From: Macrostomum lignano | Lineage: Eukaryota | Direction: 5' to 3' | Assembly: GCA_002269645.1 (NCBI GenBank) | Contig: NIVC01000197.1 | Span: forward strand, 248,001 to 312,000 | Length of the DNA stretch: 64,000 nucleotides | Part shown: positions 24,061 through 37,400 of the stretch, piece by piece | Layout of the letters: each line of letters opens with the position of its first letter | Numbering within the stretch: position 1 is the first letter of the stretch | Translations under genes and position numbers: made by a program | The notes under the pieces: generated by a model | Told to the model about the DNA's origin: nothing | Seen by the model: only the letters and a program-made list of their open reading frames with translations | Database searches by the model: none

Positions 24061-24830
24061 TGGCACCTCAGAATGCCCACCTGAACCTTGGCATCTCAGA
24101 ATGCCCACCTGAACCTTGGCATCTCAGAATGCCCATCTGAACCTTGGCATCTCAGAATGCCCATCTGAACCTTGGCATATCAGAATGCCCATCTAAACCT
24201 AGGCATCTCAGAATGCCCATCTGAACCTTGGCATCTCAGAATGCCCATCTGAACCTTGGCATCTCAGAATGCCCATCTGAACCTTGGCATCTCAGAATGC
24301 CCATCTGAACCTTGGCATCTCAGAATGCCCATCTTAACCTAGGCATCTCAGAATGCCCATCTGAACCTTGGCATCTCAGAATGCCCATCTGAACCTTGGC
24401 ATCTCAGAATGCCCATCTGAACCTTGGCATCTCAGAATGCCCATCTTAACCTAGGCATCTCAGAATGCCCATCTGAACCTTGGCATCTCAGAATGCCCAT
24501 CTGAACCTTGGCATCTCAGAATGCCCATCTGAACCTTGGCATCTCAGAATGCCCATCTGAACCTTGGCATCTCAGAATGCCCATCTGAACCTTGGCATCT
24601 CAGAATGCCCATCTGAACCTTGGCATCTCAGAATGCCCATCTGAACCTTGGCATCTCAGAATGCCTATCTGAACCTTGGCATCTCAGAATGCCCATCTGA
24701 ACCTTGGCATCTCAGAATGCCCATCTGAACCTTGGCATCTCAGAATGCCCATCTGAACCTTGGCATCTCAGAATGCCCATCTGAACCTTGGCATCTCAGA
24801 ATGCCCACCTGAAACTTGGCACCTCAGCAT
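24061..24830. repeat. Homogeneous 28-bp minisatellite (intergenic)
   Basis: Unit GAATGCCCATCTGAACCTTGGCATCTCA, head to tail with no spacers. Confidence 0.97.
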
Positions 24831-25799
24831 TCCGCATTGATCAAAGTGAGTCATCTCAGCAACTCCCCTGTAATTCTGCTGATCTTGTGGGAAATTTTGC
24901 CGCAGACTAAACCGCATTATTCGCCAATTATGTATATTATCGAAGCAATTCGTTCGTTATTACTGATTAATTCAATAAAATTTGCATCGGCTCTGTTCTT
25001 GCTAATCTGTTGCTTTCGTGGACTTATGGTCTATATATTCAGTGCGACAGATCTTCGCGACCCTAAGATGCAAGGAATGGAAAGTTTGTCTTTAGTCTCA
25101 GTTCCAACACTAAACGTGGTTTTACTGTTGATGTAGTTTTCTGTTGTATAATTCCCGTAGTATCCTGATTTGACGTTTAGATTTCATGTCGAATAAAGTC
25201 GAAATGATGATTTGAATTCTTATTTACAAGCCGAATGCTGTGTTAATATTTCTCTATATACAGTAGTACTATTGTTGATTTGTACACTTAACCGTTCTGA
25301 TGTAATTGGTGCCCCGGATGCAGTGACAATATAAATATGCCATAACAATAATTTTCATTTTTATCGCCTTTCAAAATATTGTTGTTTTTGACTTAAACAA
25401 TCTGCATACTCAAACAGTAATCTTTAGAGTTTATTTATTTCTGTTATTAAAAATTAGCGGAAATTAAAAAAACAGTAGTTAATGAGCATTAGGGCATGAT
25501 GAAGGAACTTCCAATTCCAGTTGAAGAGGAGTCTGGACACAATCTAGTCTAGAATTTGTCAAACGTTTTAAACTTTAAAATGCCGCGGTTCAGTTCAATT
25601 TAAATCCCCATTTATCATTTTAGGAGCAGAAGTTGATTAAAAGCAAAGTACCCAACTTCCCCAAATTATTTGTCAGTATAAACTTTATTTCCCTTGAGCT
25701 TTGGGAATTTTTGCATTTTTATTACAGCTTGGGGGCTGAATTCGTGAAATTGGCTGACTTTTTTATTTCATTAACAAACACCGGATATGTAAGCTTTCA

Positions 25800-26143
25800 A
25801 TTGCCTTCTCACACAAGTCTCTCATCATAAGCATTCGAGGCTATAAGTTTTGTTCGAAACATATATTCTCTTGAATATGCAATTATGCTATAAAAAGAGC
25901 GTTGAAAGAAAATTACCTTCATTCAGCAACTTATTGGGGTCTGTAGTTGACCAGCCATCCGCCTTATTCACCTGATCTGACATCCTGTGACATTTTTCTG
26001 CAAGTCAAAGATTCACCGCGTCAACGGCGCTTTTCAACCGCAGAAGCGGCTGCAGATGCTTTCGATGAGGTGGTGGAGGGGATGTCTTGGTTTGAGAGAA
26101 TGAGGCGCTGCATATAGAGTCTGGTAGAGAGTATTTTGAGAAG
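25800..26143 (+). pseudogene. Degenerate mariner (Tc1/mariner) transposase C-terminal fragment
   Basis: 25956 onward translates HPPYSPDLTSCDIFLQVK...RRFSTAE...WFERMRRCI*, followed by EYFEK in a shifted frame. This is the YSPDLxxxD motif and typical mariner C-terminus, with a stop and a frameshift. Confidence 0.8.
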
Positions 26144-26359
26144 CTCTGAAAAATTCACTTTTAGTTGCTGCTTTTGCTCGAGAAACAACTTTCGTAGGCC
26201 CCCGTAACTGCAGTTTTCTACGGAAGTAAATTTCCTGCTTATAAAAATCACTCGACTCAGTGGATACCAGTGGGCATGTGCTTAGCCGGTGGAGCAAAGG
26301 TTTTGGAACTCCACAAAAAGTTCGCGTAGGTTGCTAGAAATAGCTGGGTCAGCTGGGTT

Positions 26360-27460
26360 GACCATAGACTGTAGCTAGTAGAATAGAAGAGTATAGAATT
26401 TTAATGCGCCACTGTGACCAGCGCTGCTGACCATGCTCAACAGGAAGGGCTTTTTTACCATAGACTTGAAAACATGATCGACAGTTAAGGCCTGAGATTT
26501 AATCCCCGCTTTGGCCCGGCTAGCTGCCTATCTCTGTGTATTTTCATTTCTTGGACTCCAAGAAATAATTGTCTATGGCTAAAAAAAATTCTTTCAGTAT
26601 AAGATAATCCCCACTTGATTTCGCTTCTTTGGCCTAGGAACGGCTGAGGACTGCGTTTCTAGGCCGAGGCTATTCCTCCCTCCCTCGCTGACTCCCTCTG
26701 ACACCCTATGATACAAGACTGCTTATAACTGTTCGTAGTTAGATTTTTCACTTTTGATCCCCATTTGTTGCTATTCAGTGTTGTGAAACCGGTCTTGTTT
26801 CAAAAGTATAACAGCATCTTTGTGTTTCTACCATAGACAATTATTTCTTGGCCTCCAAGAAACGCCTGATGGGAGTCTCAACTCATTTGAAGGAATGTTT
26901 TTTAGCCATAGACAATTATTTCTTGGAGTCCAGCGTTATCCCCGGGCTTCAGGATGAAATCCAGTAGGTCCGGCGAAATCTCCATATCCGGGGCTTCAAC
27001 AACGACAGCAGCAGAGATGTCACCCATATTCGGTACCAAGCTACACACAACTGAAGCTTTTCTGATCTTACACAGAATATTCGGCTTTATAGAGCTTTAT
27101 AGCCAATAGTCTATGGCCGAGGCTTAGTCTCATATCCTCCCGCTGGCTGCGGCAATTAAATATTATAATCCCCACTTGATTTCGTTTCTTTGGCCTAGGA
27201 ACTGCTGAGGACTGCGTGGGGATTATCTTATACTTAATACACCCCTAGATGGGCCACTCCAGCCGCATGGCCGCAGCGCCAAAACCCCGGGGTTACGGCC
27301 GGCCATAGACTGTACGTAGCCTCCGCTTCTCTTAAGAATTTAGCACAGTACTCGAAGAATAGCACTTGAAAAGCATTAGAATCTAACTGATTCAGCAGCT
27401 AGTGTCTGTGGCCCCCAACCCCGGGGGTTTTGGGGTCTCGGAGACGGCCGCTAAATACAT
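26360..27460. mobile_element. Mosaic of short inverted-repeat elements carrying CCATAGAC and TCCCCACTTG motifs
   Basis: About 45-bp inverted pair 26552-26596 / 26888-26932; AGTATAAGATAATCCCCAC (about 26596) inverted to about 27217-27235; about 52-bp direct repeat at about 26606 and about 27166; AAAACCCCGGGG inverted pair at about 27275-27435. Confidence 0.55.
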
Positions 27461-28206
27461 TAGCAAATTTGGAGTGACACATCTAGGTAATATAGAATCT
27501 GCGGTTAAGGCTGTTGATTTAAGGTCAGCTCTGCTTACCATACGGCAGCTCAAGGTTAAACTTTCAGTCTATAATGCGTCTCTAGGTCTTTTGTGTCTAA
27601 GCGTGTCATGACGCATTCACTTTAAACTTGGCATCCTGTGTGCGTCTGGCGCTTAAACAACCTATAGGATGCGACCCCAAGATGCAGTGCTGTCGTTGAC
27701 ATCAATACAGCTTACAATACTCTAGTCCACTAAGTTTTCGTTGCAGATTCAAGGCAATGCCGATTGGGAAAGATACATGGGGCTGTGAGGCATCTGGCAT
27801 CCAGAAGCGTGATGTCGAGCCAGTTTAATTATATATATGAGGCTTAAAATTAAACTTCGTCATTTTGAACGGCATCGGCATTTTTAATATGGGCAAAAAA
27901 GCTGAATCTGGCAAAGCGCCCTAGTCTCGATCCTCATTATAGAAAACAGCTTTTTGCGCGTTCTAGAATCTTGGAGTCAAGCTTCTTAAGTCGCCTGGTT
28001 AAAAGAGCATAAGTACTCGTAACGTCTTACTGTTCACTTTATCATTTTATTTCGGTTATTATCCTTATATTGCCGGTTCCTTATCCAGCAGCTGCTCGAT
28101 AAAATGTATGCAACTTTTCGTTCAGCTAAGATTGCGCATCAGGTTTGCACTTCTATTCAATACAATCCAGTCTGTCTTCATGATCACTACCACAGTGCTC
28201 AAGTGC

Positions 28207-28817
28207 TCAGTACTCCACTTCGTCGGTTTCGCGGCCAAATCGGAACGGCATGTGCACCGTGTCGTCGCGTTTGCCCCATCGGAACACGTTGGCTCGCTTG
28301 CCCCATCGAAACACGTTGGCTCGCTTGCCCCAGCGAAAGACATTCGGAGCCCGCTTGCTCTCTGGCCAGTAGTAATAGACCTCTTCAGTTGATGGCGCCG
28401 GATACTCGCTCATCAGGATCCTGCCAGGCGCCATCCGTTTGCCGCGCTTCAATTCCAAAGCCTGAGAGTCCTCACCTGCGGGTTTTGTATCGAATAAAGA
28501 TAATGAAGGAAGTGCCGTCTTGCGTCCGTCATCTTTGCTGATTTCATTTCAGCCGATTTCCTTAATTAGCAAAAATGGTTCCAGCATCCTAGAGTTGCAT
28601 CCGCGATGCCGAAAATCAATTATGGAAAATATTTCGGGGCCTAGTTGCTGCTAGTGCTGGTTGACAGCCTAAGATTTTCAAATTTCAACTGTTGCTTTGA
28701 TCGGAGACAGAGTGCAAGTTTCGCATATTCACCATTTGCAACGCGCGCGCTCGTTTGCGTAACCATCAGAAAGGCCAAGGCCAGGCCGCAGACCAGCATT
28801 GCTGTGTTTAGAAACAT
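28207..28817 (-). CDS. Neuropeptide precursor (about 117 aa): signal peptide, APNVFRWamide, 2x ANVFRWamide, DDTVHMPFRFamide
   Basis: Exon 1 28817-28733 (MFLNTAMLVCGLALAFLMVTQTSA signal-like; donor G|GTGAAT) joins in phase 1 to exon 2 28475-28207 (CCCGCAG acceptor). The peptides are bounded by KR and end in G-KR or G-R. Confidence 0.88.
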
Positions 28818-31440
28818 TTCCAATCAGACTGTTGGCCAAATACTGCAGGAATGAAACGGTGCGGGATTTACATCGCATGCGGGCTTACAAATAGCTGCGA
28901 TGTTCGTTACAAACTGCAGAGAAATCTTCACTTACCAATTTAAGTTAGAAGGGCTACTTAACTCTGAGCAAATGAGTCAACTGCTGGTTGTAGACTGTCT
29001 GTTACTCAGTGGCGTGCTCATTCTTGATGGAGAGAATCTTTGCTTAAATAGGCTCCGAGTGCGATGAACCAGCTACTTGCTATTCGAATCCCCTGCAAAA
29101 AAACGCGATACAACAACATTGTAGCTGATTGGCTAGTTAAAAACATCATTTTGGGGGCGGACTTGAGCACCAAAAATATATCTTGCCGCTCACTAGCTGG
29201 ACAGTTTGCCTCTGTAAAATAGTCCATTTATGGAATCAATAAGAAGTGACGACTTTTATTGCCATATATGTAGAAGAAAAAACACCGTCGTGTCGTCGAG
29301 GATAAGAATCTGTGTCAACAGATGAATTGCAACGACATGCGCATACATGTACACAATGAATGCCCTTCCATGTATGCATACATGTATACATATATGTATG
29401 CCCTTCCACTTGACGCCCTGCGATTTATGCTATATAATTTGACTATTGCGAAATAACCTTTTCAAAGAAAGCACGTTTTATTTAAAAAACAGAAAAGATT
29501 ATCGGTAGGTATCTATCTTCTAGGTATCCCTAATACTATTTGGGCTATTCAAATATGATATAAGCATCCAACACTCGCAGACTTAATAATCTACGCAAAA
29601 TTGATCGTAACAACCAAACCGATGTTATCGACAGTCGACGTCTCCTCATTGTTTAGCAATTTGACGATCGTTGTTCGCACATTTTTAATGCAGAACAATC
29701 CATTACTACAAACAATGATAGATTGTGTATATGGTTTTGGAGATAGACAATGATAAATTTTTCACGAGTGGCGAAGCCACGAGTGACTAAAATTTATCAG
29801 TCTATGACAAAACCATATACACAAACACATTGTCTCATGAATGTATTTTTAGAAGCCTAAAATAATGATTCCTAAGCGTGGAATAATGAGCGTACAGCAT
29901 GACACAATGCATTGTCTGTAGGATCGTCAAACAGAAAAACAATGCAAAGAATCAGCGGTCGCAGTGCGTGACAACGATTGTCTATGGCTCGCGCTGTAGT
30001 ATCATTGCTGTTTGATATGACAGTAAATGTTAAGACATACAAAATATAGATTTTTAAGATTGGCTAAGGTTGTCATGCAATTAGAGTGATGATGGCTCTG
30101 ATTAATAATGATGAATTTGTATAGATGCATGTACACTGTAGCTACAGTATACAAAATATTTGATTTGAGAGGTGTGTTGCTAAAGTTTCTGTGAACGACG
30201 ACAGCAATGTCGAAATGAGCTGAACTTTCAGTTACAACTCCTTGCACAGCTCCTCTTGAACGGTAAAACTGCAGAACGAGTTTGATATGCTGAGCGAAAT
30301 GGCATTGATTTGGCACCGACAAAAATAGCAACAGAATTTAATGCTGTATCACGAACTTCTCAAGACACAACATTACGCTGAAACTACCTGGACATGAAGA
30401 GTTACGTTACGGTCTTATAAGCAACCTACCGACTAAGCACGTCCAGCCTGAAATTGAATGTGCGCGCTTGATAAATACATGGACTCTATCATTCAGATCA
30501 GTATAAGCAAGTGGTACGTGCGTAGGCACCGTGGAATACCAACCAGGCTAAATACACTGTATGAGTAGTAACTTGAAATGGCCTGACTACATGTACATAT
30601 AAAGCTACGCTCGTATACTAACACATATGACAACGTTGTATAACATGTATTGTATTTTAATCAATGCGGTAGCGAAACCTATTCAATATAAATCACAGTT
30701 TTTTATAAATGAGTTTTCTCTGCTCGTTTATCTTTGCTTTAATCTTTCCTGCATTGAAATGGCATGCAATACATTGTATGCATTATAGTGGCATACATGT
30801 AATATACGCTCGTGTTTATAAGTTATGTGTTTTAAAGTGGTCTTTACAAACTTTGCAAACATGCAATTGTGTCTTTAAGAATAAGAATTTGGCGCGAGAT
30901 TTCAACGCTACGTTTTGCCCTACATTTTGTCAGCACAACACTAGCCCAACGTCAGACCACTTCAATAAAACTTTGAGCGCGCCTAGTACGTAGCAAAAAG
31001 CAGGGTTTTTAATAAACTGAAGAATTATTTCTGACGCAAGCTAATCTCATCAATATTTATCGATTTTATACATTTTAGCGTATTTAATTTATAAACTGTC
31101 TCGGCTGACGTTGGACTGGTGAAATTCTGGTTTCTAATATTGCATTTCCCGCTAAGTTTTTGTGACGTCCCAAATCCGGATACTTAAGGTTTTAAAGTAA
31201 ATCAAATCAATAATTTTAAATTGTGACTATCTAAATATGAGTGCATTTAAAGCTAGTTTTAATGTTTAAGTTTTAGTTCCTTTGTTAAATGTTTTCCGTG
31301 ATCAAATAAAAAACACGTTTCACTAGTAATCAGTTTTCAGATTTAACATAAAAATATCAGAGGCTTTTTTGTGAAAATTTGGAAGATTTGTGGATAGTGC
31401 TATTTTAATCGATAAGGTTGCATAATAAGGGCTGCTCACA

Positions 31441-34400
31441 ATGGCATTTGAGCAACCAGCAACGGTTCCAAATGAATTCAACCAGCTTGATTCAGGTAAT
31501 TAAATATGTAGTCAGTTTATTCAGTTGATTCATAAAGTTCACTTTACTCCTATATTGGGAAAAAAGAAAATTTTGTATGGCAGTATTTTTAGATTATACG
31601 ATAAATTGTCGATAGTGAAAACAATAGGCCCAGGGAAAAAGTTTTTTATTTAGAATAATAATTAGAAATGATTGGTGCCACAAGAATTCAATTAATACAT
31701 GACTGAATAATACTCAATTAATTACTCCCAAGTTCTGAACAGTAGTTGTAGTTGCTCACTTACATCATTTGTAAATTCGAATGTTTTTACACAGATGTCT
31801 GTGTGTGTTACAAGTTAACGTTAAAAATATTTATCACGCTACATGCAATTATTGCTAAAGTTAATGTTAAACTAAAAGCCAATAACTTTATTGAATGATC
31901 TATTGTAAATATAGCAATATAAGTTTCCATAATCTTTCTTCAGTATAGTATTTTAACGCATATCAGAACAAAGAAATAATATGACATGTGCATTAATTTT
32001 TTTATTTTAGAAAGCAATAATTACACCTATTAAACATTGTTTTTTACAGTATTATTTGTTTCCATACGAATTTTATCAAAATTTTCAGTTTTTCAAAAAT
32101 GTAAAAAAATTTATTTAATTTAGACTGGCTATGCTTAATTTATATTCTGATACAATAAGTAAGCAATATTTCAACTAATACAAGCATGTGAGATGTCTGC
32201 TGTGTAATTGTTAGTGAACATTAGCATTAAAATTAGCATCATAAAAAGCATATCTAGTAGATAGATACATTTTTTGTGAATTTTGGATTTAGTTCACAAA
32301 AATAAATAATTAATTAATTCTAAATTTCTATGCGTTGAATTCATATAAAAGGCTTGTTAAATTCCCTTCAACAACGCCCCATAGGCAACAGCGACGAGGA
32401 GGCCAACGAGGAGGGCGTGGTTGGCAACGTTAGCAAATTCTGCGTCACGCCGCCCAGCTACACGGGCAAGCCGAAGAAGGGCCACCTGGTGTTTGACGCC
32501 TGCTTCGAGGGCGGCAACTTGGGCCGGGTGGACTTCATCAGCGAGTTCGAGTACGACTTGTTCATCCGGCCGGACACTTGCAACCAGCGCTACCGGGTCT
32601 GGTTCCACTTCTCCGTGGAGAATGTCAAAGCCGACCAGGTTGGTGCTTGGCTATACACCAACATCACTACTTTATGTTGATTCATTCAGATATTGAGTCT
32701 GGAGAATGTCAGTTAATACCGGTTACTGCCATTTATAGCTACAGGAATAAATATGCTAATGATGGCTTTAGCACCAGGGGCTTTAGCACCAGCGGCTTTA
32801 GCACCAGGGGCATTAGCACCAGGGGCTTTAACACCAGGGGGAATTAGCACCAGCGGCTTTAGCACCAGGGGCATTAGCACCAAGGGCTTTAGCACCAGGG
32901 GGAATTAGCACCAGGGGCTTTAGCACCAGGGGCTTTAGCACCAGCGGCTTTAGCACCAGGGGCATTAGCACCAGGGGCATTAGCACCAGGGGGAATTAGC
33001 ACCAGGGGCTTTAGCACCAAGGGCTTTAGCACCAGGGGGAATTAGCACCAAGGGCTTTAGCACCAGGGGGGCATTAGCACCAGCGGCTTTAGCACCAGGG
33101 GCATTAGCACCAGCGGCTTTAGCACCAGGGGCTTTAGCACCAGGGGGCTTTAGCACCAAGGGCTTTAGCACCAGGGGGCTTTAGCACCAGGGGGAATTAG
33201 CACCAAGGGCTTTAGCACCAGGGGCTTTAGCACCAAGGGCATTAGCACCAGGGGCGCCTGCACTATTATAAATGACTTATAAATTTTTCGGCAAATCAAT
33301 AACTAAACTTGTCTATTGTTAATTTCAGCGAGTGATCTTCACCATAGTGAACTTCAGCAAGACCAAGTCTCTCTATAGAGAAGGCATGACGCCTGTTGTT
33401 AAATCCACAAGCCGGCCAAAATGGTGCGCTCCATCAACTTTGTTGGTTTTTATTTTTTAATACAATCGATAATTTAAGGGCTTTGATTACTTTATAATTG
33501 ACCGATTCTTCCTATTCTACTGTTAGTAAAGATGAAAGTAGGCGACTAGTAACTTTTTATTTTTTGTCATAAACCACCCCCTCAACCCCAGGGTCCGGCT
33601 GCCCCCTAAGCACGTGTACTATTACCGCTGCCCGGAGCACCGCAAGAACTACGTGCTCAGCTTTGCGTTCTGCTTCGACAAAGAGGACGACGTCTACCAG
33701 TTTGCCTACTGCTACCCGTACACCTACACCCGGCTGCAGGCCTATCTGGACAGCCTGGAGCGCAAGGGCCTGGACTATGTGCAGCGCGACCTACTCGGCC
33801 TCAGCGTGCAGCAGCGGCGGCTCGACCTGCTGACCGTCAGCCACCCGGACAACCTCACCGATGAGGCACAGAAGCGAGTGGTCTTCATCACCGCCAGGGT
33901 TCACCCGGGCGAGACCCCGGCCTCTTTCGTGTGCCAGGGCCTCATCGACTTTCTGGTCAGCTCGCATCCCATTGCAAAGCAGCTGCGCGACTACCTGGTG
34001 TTCAAAATTATCCCCATGCTGAACCCTGACGGCGTCTACCTGGGCAACTACCGGTAAATTAAAGACTGCAGCTTCCCGGTCGATTCCACAGTCCCTTCCC
34101 CGGTTCCTTCCCCGGTTCCTTCCCAAAATTTTTGTCCGGTCTCTTCCCCGGTCCCTTCCCCGGTTCCTTCCCCGGTCCCTTCCCCGGTCCCTTCCCCGTT
34201 TCCCTTCCCCGGTTCCTTCCCCGGTTCCTTCCCCGGTTCCTTCCCCGGTTCCTTCCCAAAATTTTTGTCCGGTCTCTTCCCCTGTTCCTTCCCCGATTCC
34301 TTCCCAGAATCTTTGCCCAGTTTCTTCTCAGGTTCTCTATCTGGTTCTTTCCCCTGTCCTTCCCGGGTTCTTTCCCCGGTTCCTTCCTCGGTTTTTTCTC

Positions 34401-37400
34401 CGGTTTCTTCGTTGCTCTTTCCCCGGCTCTCCGGTTCTTAAACCAGTTCACTCTCCGAATCATCCAGCTCCTTTTTTGTTTCCCTGGTTTTCACCAGTTT
34501 TAGCCCGGGTTCTTTCCTTCCTTAGCAGCTCCTTGCCCTGACCATTAGACGCTCTAAAATCTCTAAAAAGCAAGTCTCACAGCGTAAACATTGAAGACTC
34601 TCACCTCTCACCCGCAGCTGCTCTCTGATGGGTTTCGATCTGAACCGGCACTGGCAGGAGCCCTCGCCCTGGGCTCATCCCACTATCTATGCCTGCAAGA
34701 AGGCCATGATCGATATGTACAACTCCAAGGTATGAGTGCTTCTGTGCGTGCGGCCTCGCCTTTTGAAAGTGTTTTAGTCGTGAAATTTTAACCTGCCAAA
34801 TATTCTTAGGACCACGATATCGACTTTTTCTGCGACCTGCACGCGCACAGCACCCTGATGAACGGCTTCATGTACGGCAACACTTTTGACGATCCCGACA
34901 AGCAGGAGAGGCAGAACGTCTTTCCCAAGCTGTTCCAGCAGAATGCCGAGGATTTTAGTTTGACTAACACCAACTTTAATCGAGACGCTGTGAAGGCCGG
35001 AACTGGGCGAAGGTTGGTTCTACTTGAGTGTGATGTACTTGGGTGCTATCGTACTTGGTGCTATCGCACTTCTGCACTTCAGTGCTATTGTAATTGGGTG
35101 CTTGCGTACCTGGGTGCTTGCATACTTGGTTGCTTGCGTACTTGAGTGCTGTGCGTACTTGGTTGTGATCGTACTTGGGTACTATCGTACTTGAGTGTGA
35201 TCGTACTTTGGTGTGATCGTATTTGGGTGCATCTTACTTCGGTGCTATTGTACTTGGGTGTGTTCGTACTTAAGTGCTTGCGTACTTGGGTGTGATCGTA
35301 CTTGGGTGTTATAGTACTTGGGTACGACCACACTTAGGTGCTTGCGTATTTGGGTGTTATCGTACTTGGATGTGATCGTACTATTGTGGTACCAGCGTAC
35401 TTAAGTACCAGCATACAATTAAATATACAAACAAAGTACTTAACGCAATTTAGTACTGACGTATTTGGGTGCTAGCTTACTTACAATATAGCAATTGTAG
35501 TTCGTAGCATACTTGCGAGCAGCGTACTTAATGCACTTAAGTGCTAGCGTATTTTCGTAATTGAGTGTTAGCGTACTGCAAGAACTTGTAACGCCCTAAG
35601 TTCACCTTAATACTGCAATTACTGCGGAATCTTTATCTGGTTTTATTCTACGAGTATATTCATATTAAAATTGCCTCTAAACTTCAAAAACCGAACAGAG
35701 CCCTTGTTGGCATATTTGACGACTCCGTGCTGTGCTACACTCTGGAGGTGTCGTTCTTCAGCTATATGGCCAACAGTTCCGGTGGCACACTGCCCTACAC
35801 CGAGGAGGGATGTGAGTGTGCTCGATGTGATCTGGCTTGTTTGTGTGTGTCAATCTAGTGAACTGCCACATAGGGTACATTTTCAGCCTCGGTTGGTAGC
35901 TATAGTTGAGAATTTAGGCAAGCGTACCTGAATCAAAGTACTGTTAAAGTGCAAGCGTACCTGAACCAAAGTACTGTTAAAGTGCAAGCGTACCTGAACC
36001 AAAGTACTGTTAAAGTGCAAGCGTACCTGAACCAAAGTACTGTTAAAGTGCCAGCGTACCTGAACCAAAATACTGTTAAAGTGCAAGCGTACCTGAACCA
36101 AAGTACTGCTAAAGTGCAGGCGTACCTGAACCAAAATACTGTTAAAGTGCAAGCGTACCTGAACCAAAGTACTGTTAAAGTGCAGGCGTACCTGAACCAA
36201 AGTACTGTTAAAGTACAACCGTACCTGAACCAAAGTACTATTTAAGTTCGAGCGTACCTAAACTGAAGCCCATATTTAAGTGCACTCGAACCCAAACGCT
36301 TTGCAGACGCCAAACTCGGCCGAAACTTGGCGCGCACATTCCTGGACTATTATAAAGTTCAAAGCGTCATTCCTTCGATGCCAGTAGCAGGTGCTACTGG
36401 AAAGTCAAAAGGCGGTGGCAGCGGTGGCGCCAGCGGAGGAGGCGCGGGCGGCAAGGACAGCAGCTCGCGGTGAGGCTGACCCAGAGCTTTGCTAATTACA
36501 TGCACGCGACTGATTGGATTCGGAAAGAGAATGATGAAAATTTTAACAAAAGTAAAATATTTTTGTTGATTTCTTCCAGTCTGCAGCTGCGCCCCTGCTC
36601 TCGTTACTCGACCAGAAATCGCTGGATCAATGTAAACCTCTGTTCCACTTGCAATGACCGGGGTAACCCCTTTACAGCACCCGACAATGGTCTCTATTGT
36701 GCATGCTCTGCATGGAGTCCACTTCTTCTAGTCTTTCTCGGTGCTCTTGTCCCTCCCTGCCTCCATTTATGTCCATGGGAGAGATATTCCCGAGTAGTTA
36801 AAGTGCCTAATCCAATTAAATTATTGCATTACTTATTATCTTTCGGCATGCTTAGTCTATTTGATTAGTTCAATAATGTTTGGCTCTGCATTGTCAAGAG
36901 GGAAATTACTGCCTGCATCACAACATAATCATCGTCTTTTAAGGCCAGTTAAAATACGTTTTTTTGGCATGTTTAACTGAGCAAATGTTTACTGTTTATT
37001 ATTATTAAGTTTACACCTGTTTATTAGGGCGGCCACCTTGGAAAAATGAGTGTCTGGCAACAAGAATTTCACTGCTGCTTGCGAGTTGCCTGAGATACGG
37101 GCAGACACACAGGCAGACACACAGGCAGACACACAGGCAGACACACGGGCAGGCAGACACACAGGCAGACACACAGGCAGACACACGGGCAGGCAGACAC
37201 ACAGGCAGACACACAGGCAGACACACAGGCAGACACACAGGCAGACACACGGGCAGGCAGACACACAGACACACAGGCAGACACACAGACACACAGGCAG
37301 ACACACAGGCAGACACACGGGCAGACACAGGCAGACACACAGGCAGACACATAGGCACACAGGCAGACACACAGGCAGACACACGGTCAGACACACAGGC

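Noticed and set aside
24061-24830. 28-bp repeat with weak internal palindrome, CRISPR-like in length
   Set aside because: The units are head to tail with no unique spacers, there are no cas genes, and the context is eukaryotic.
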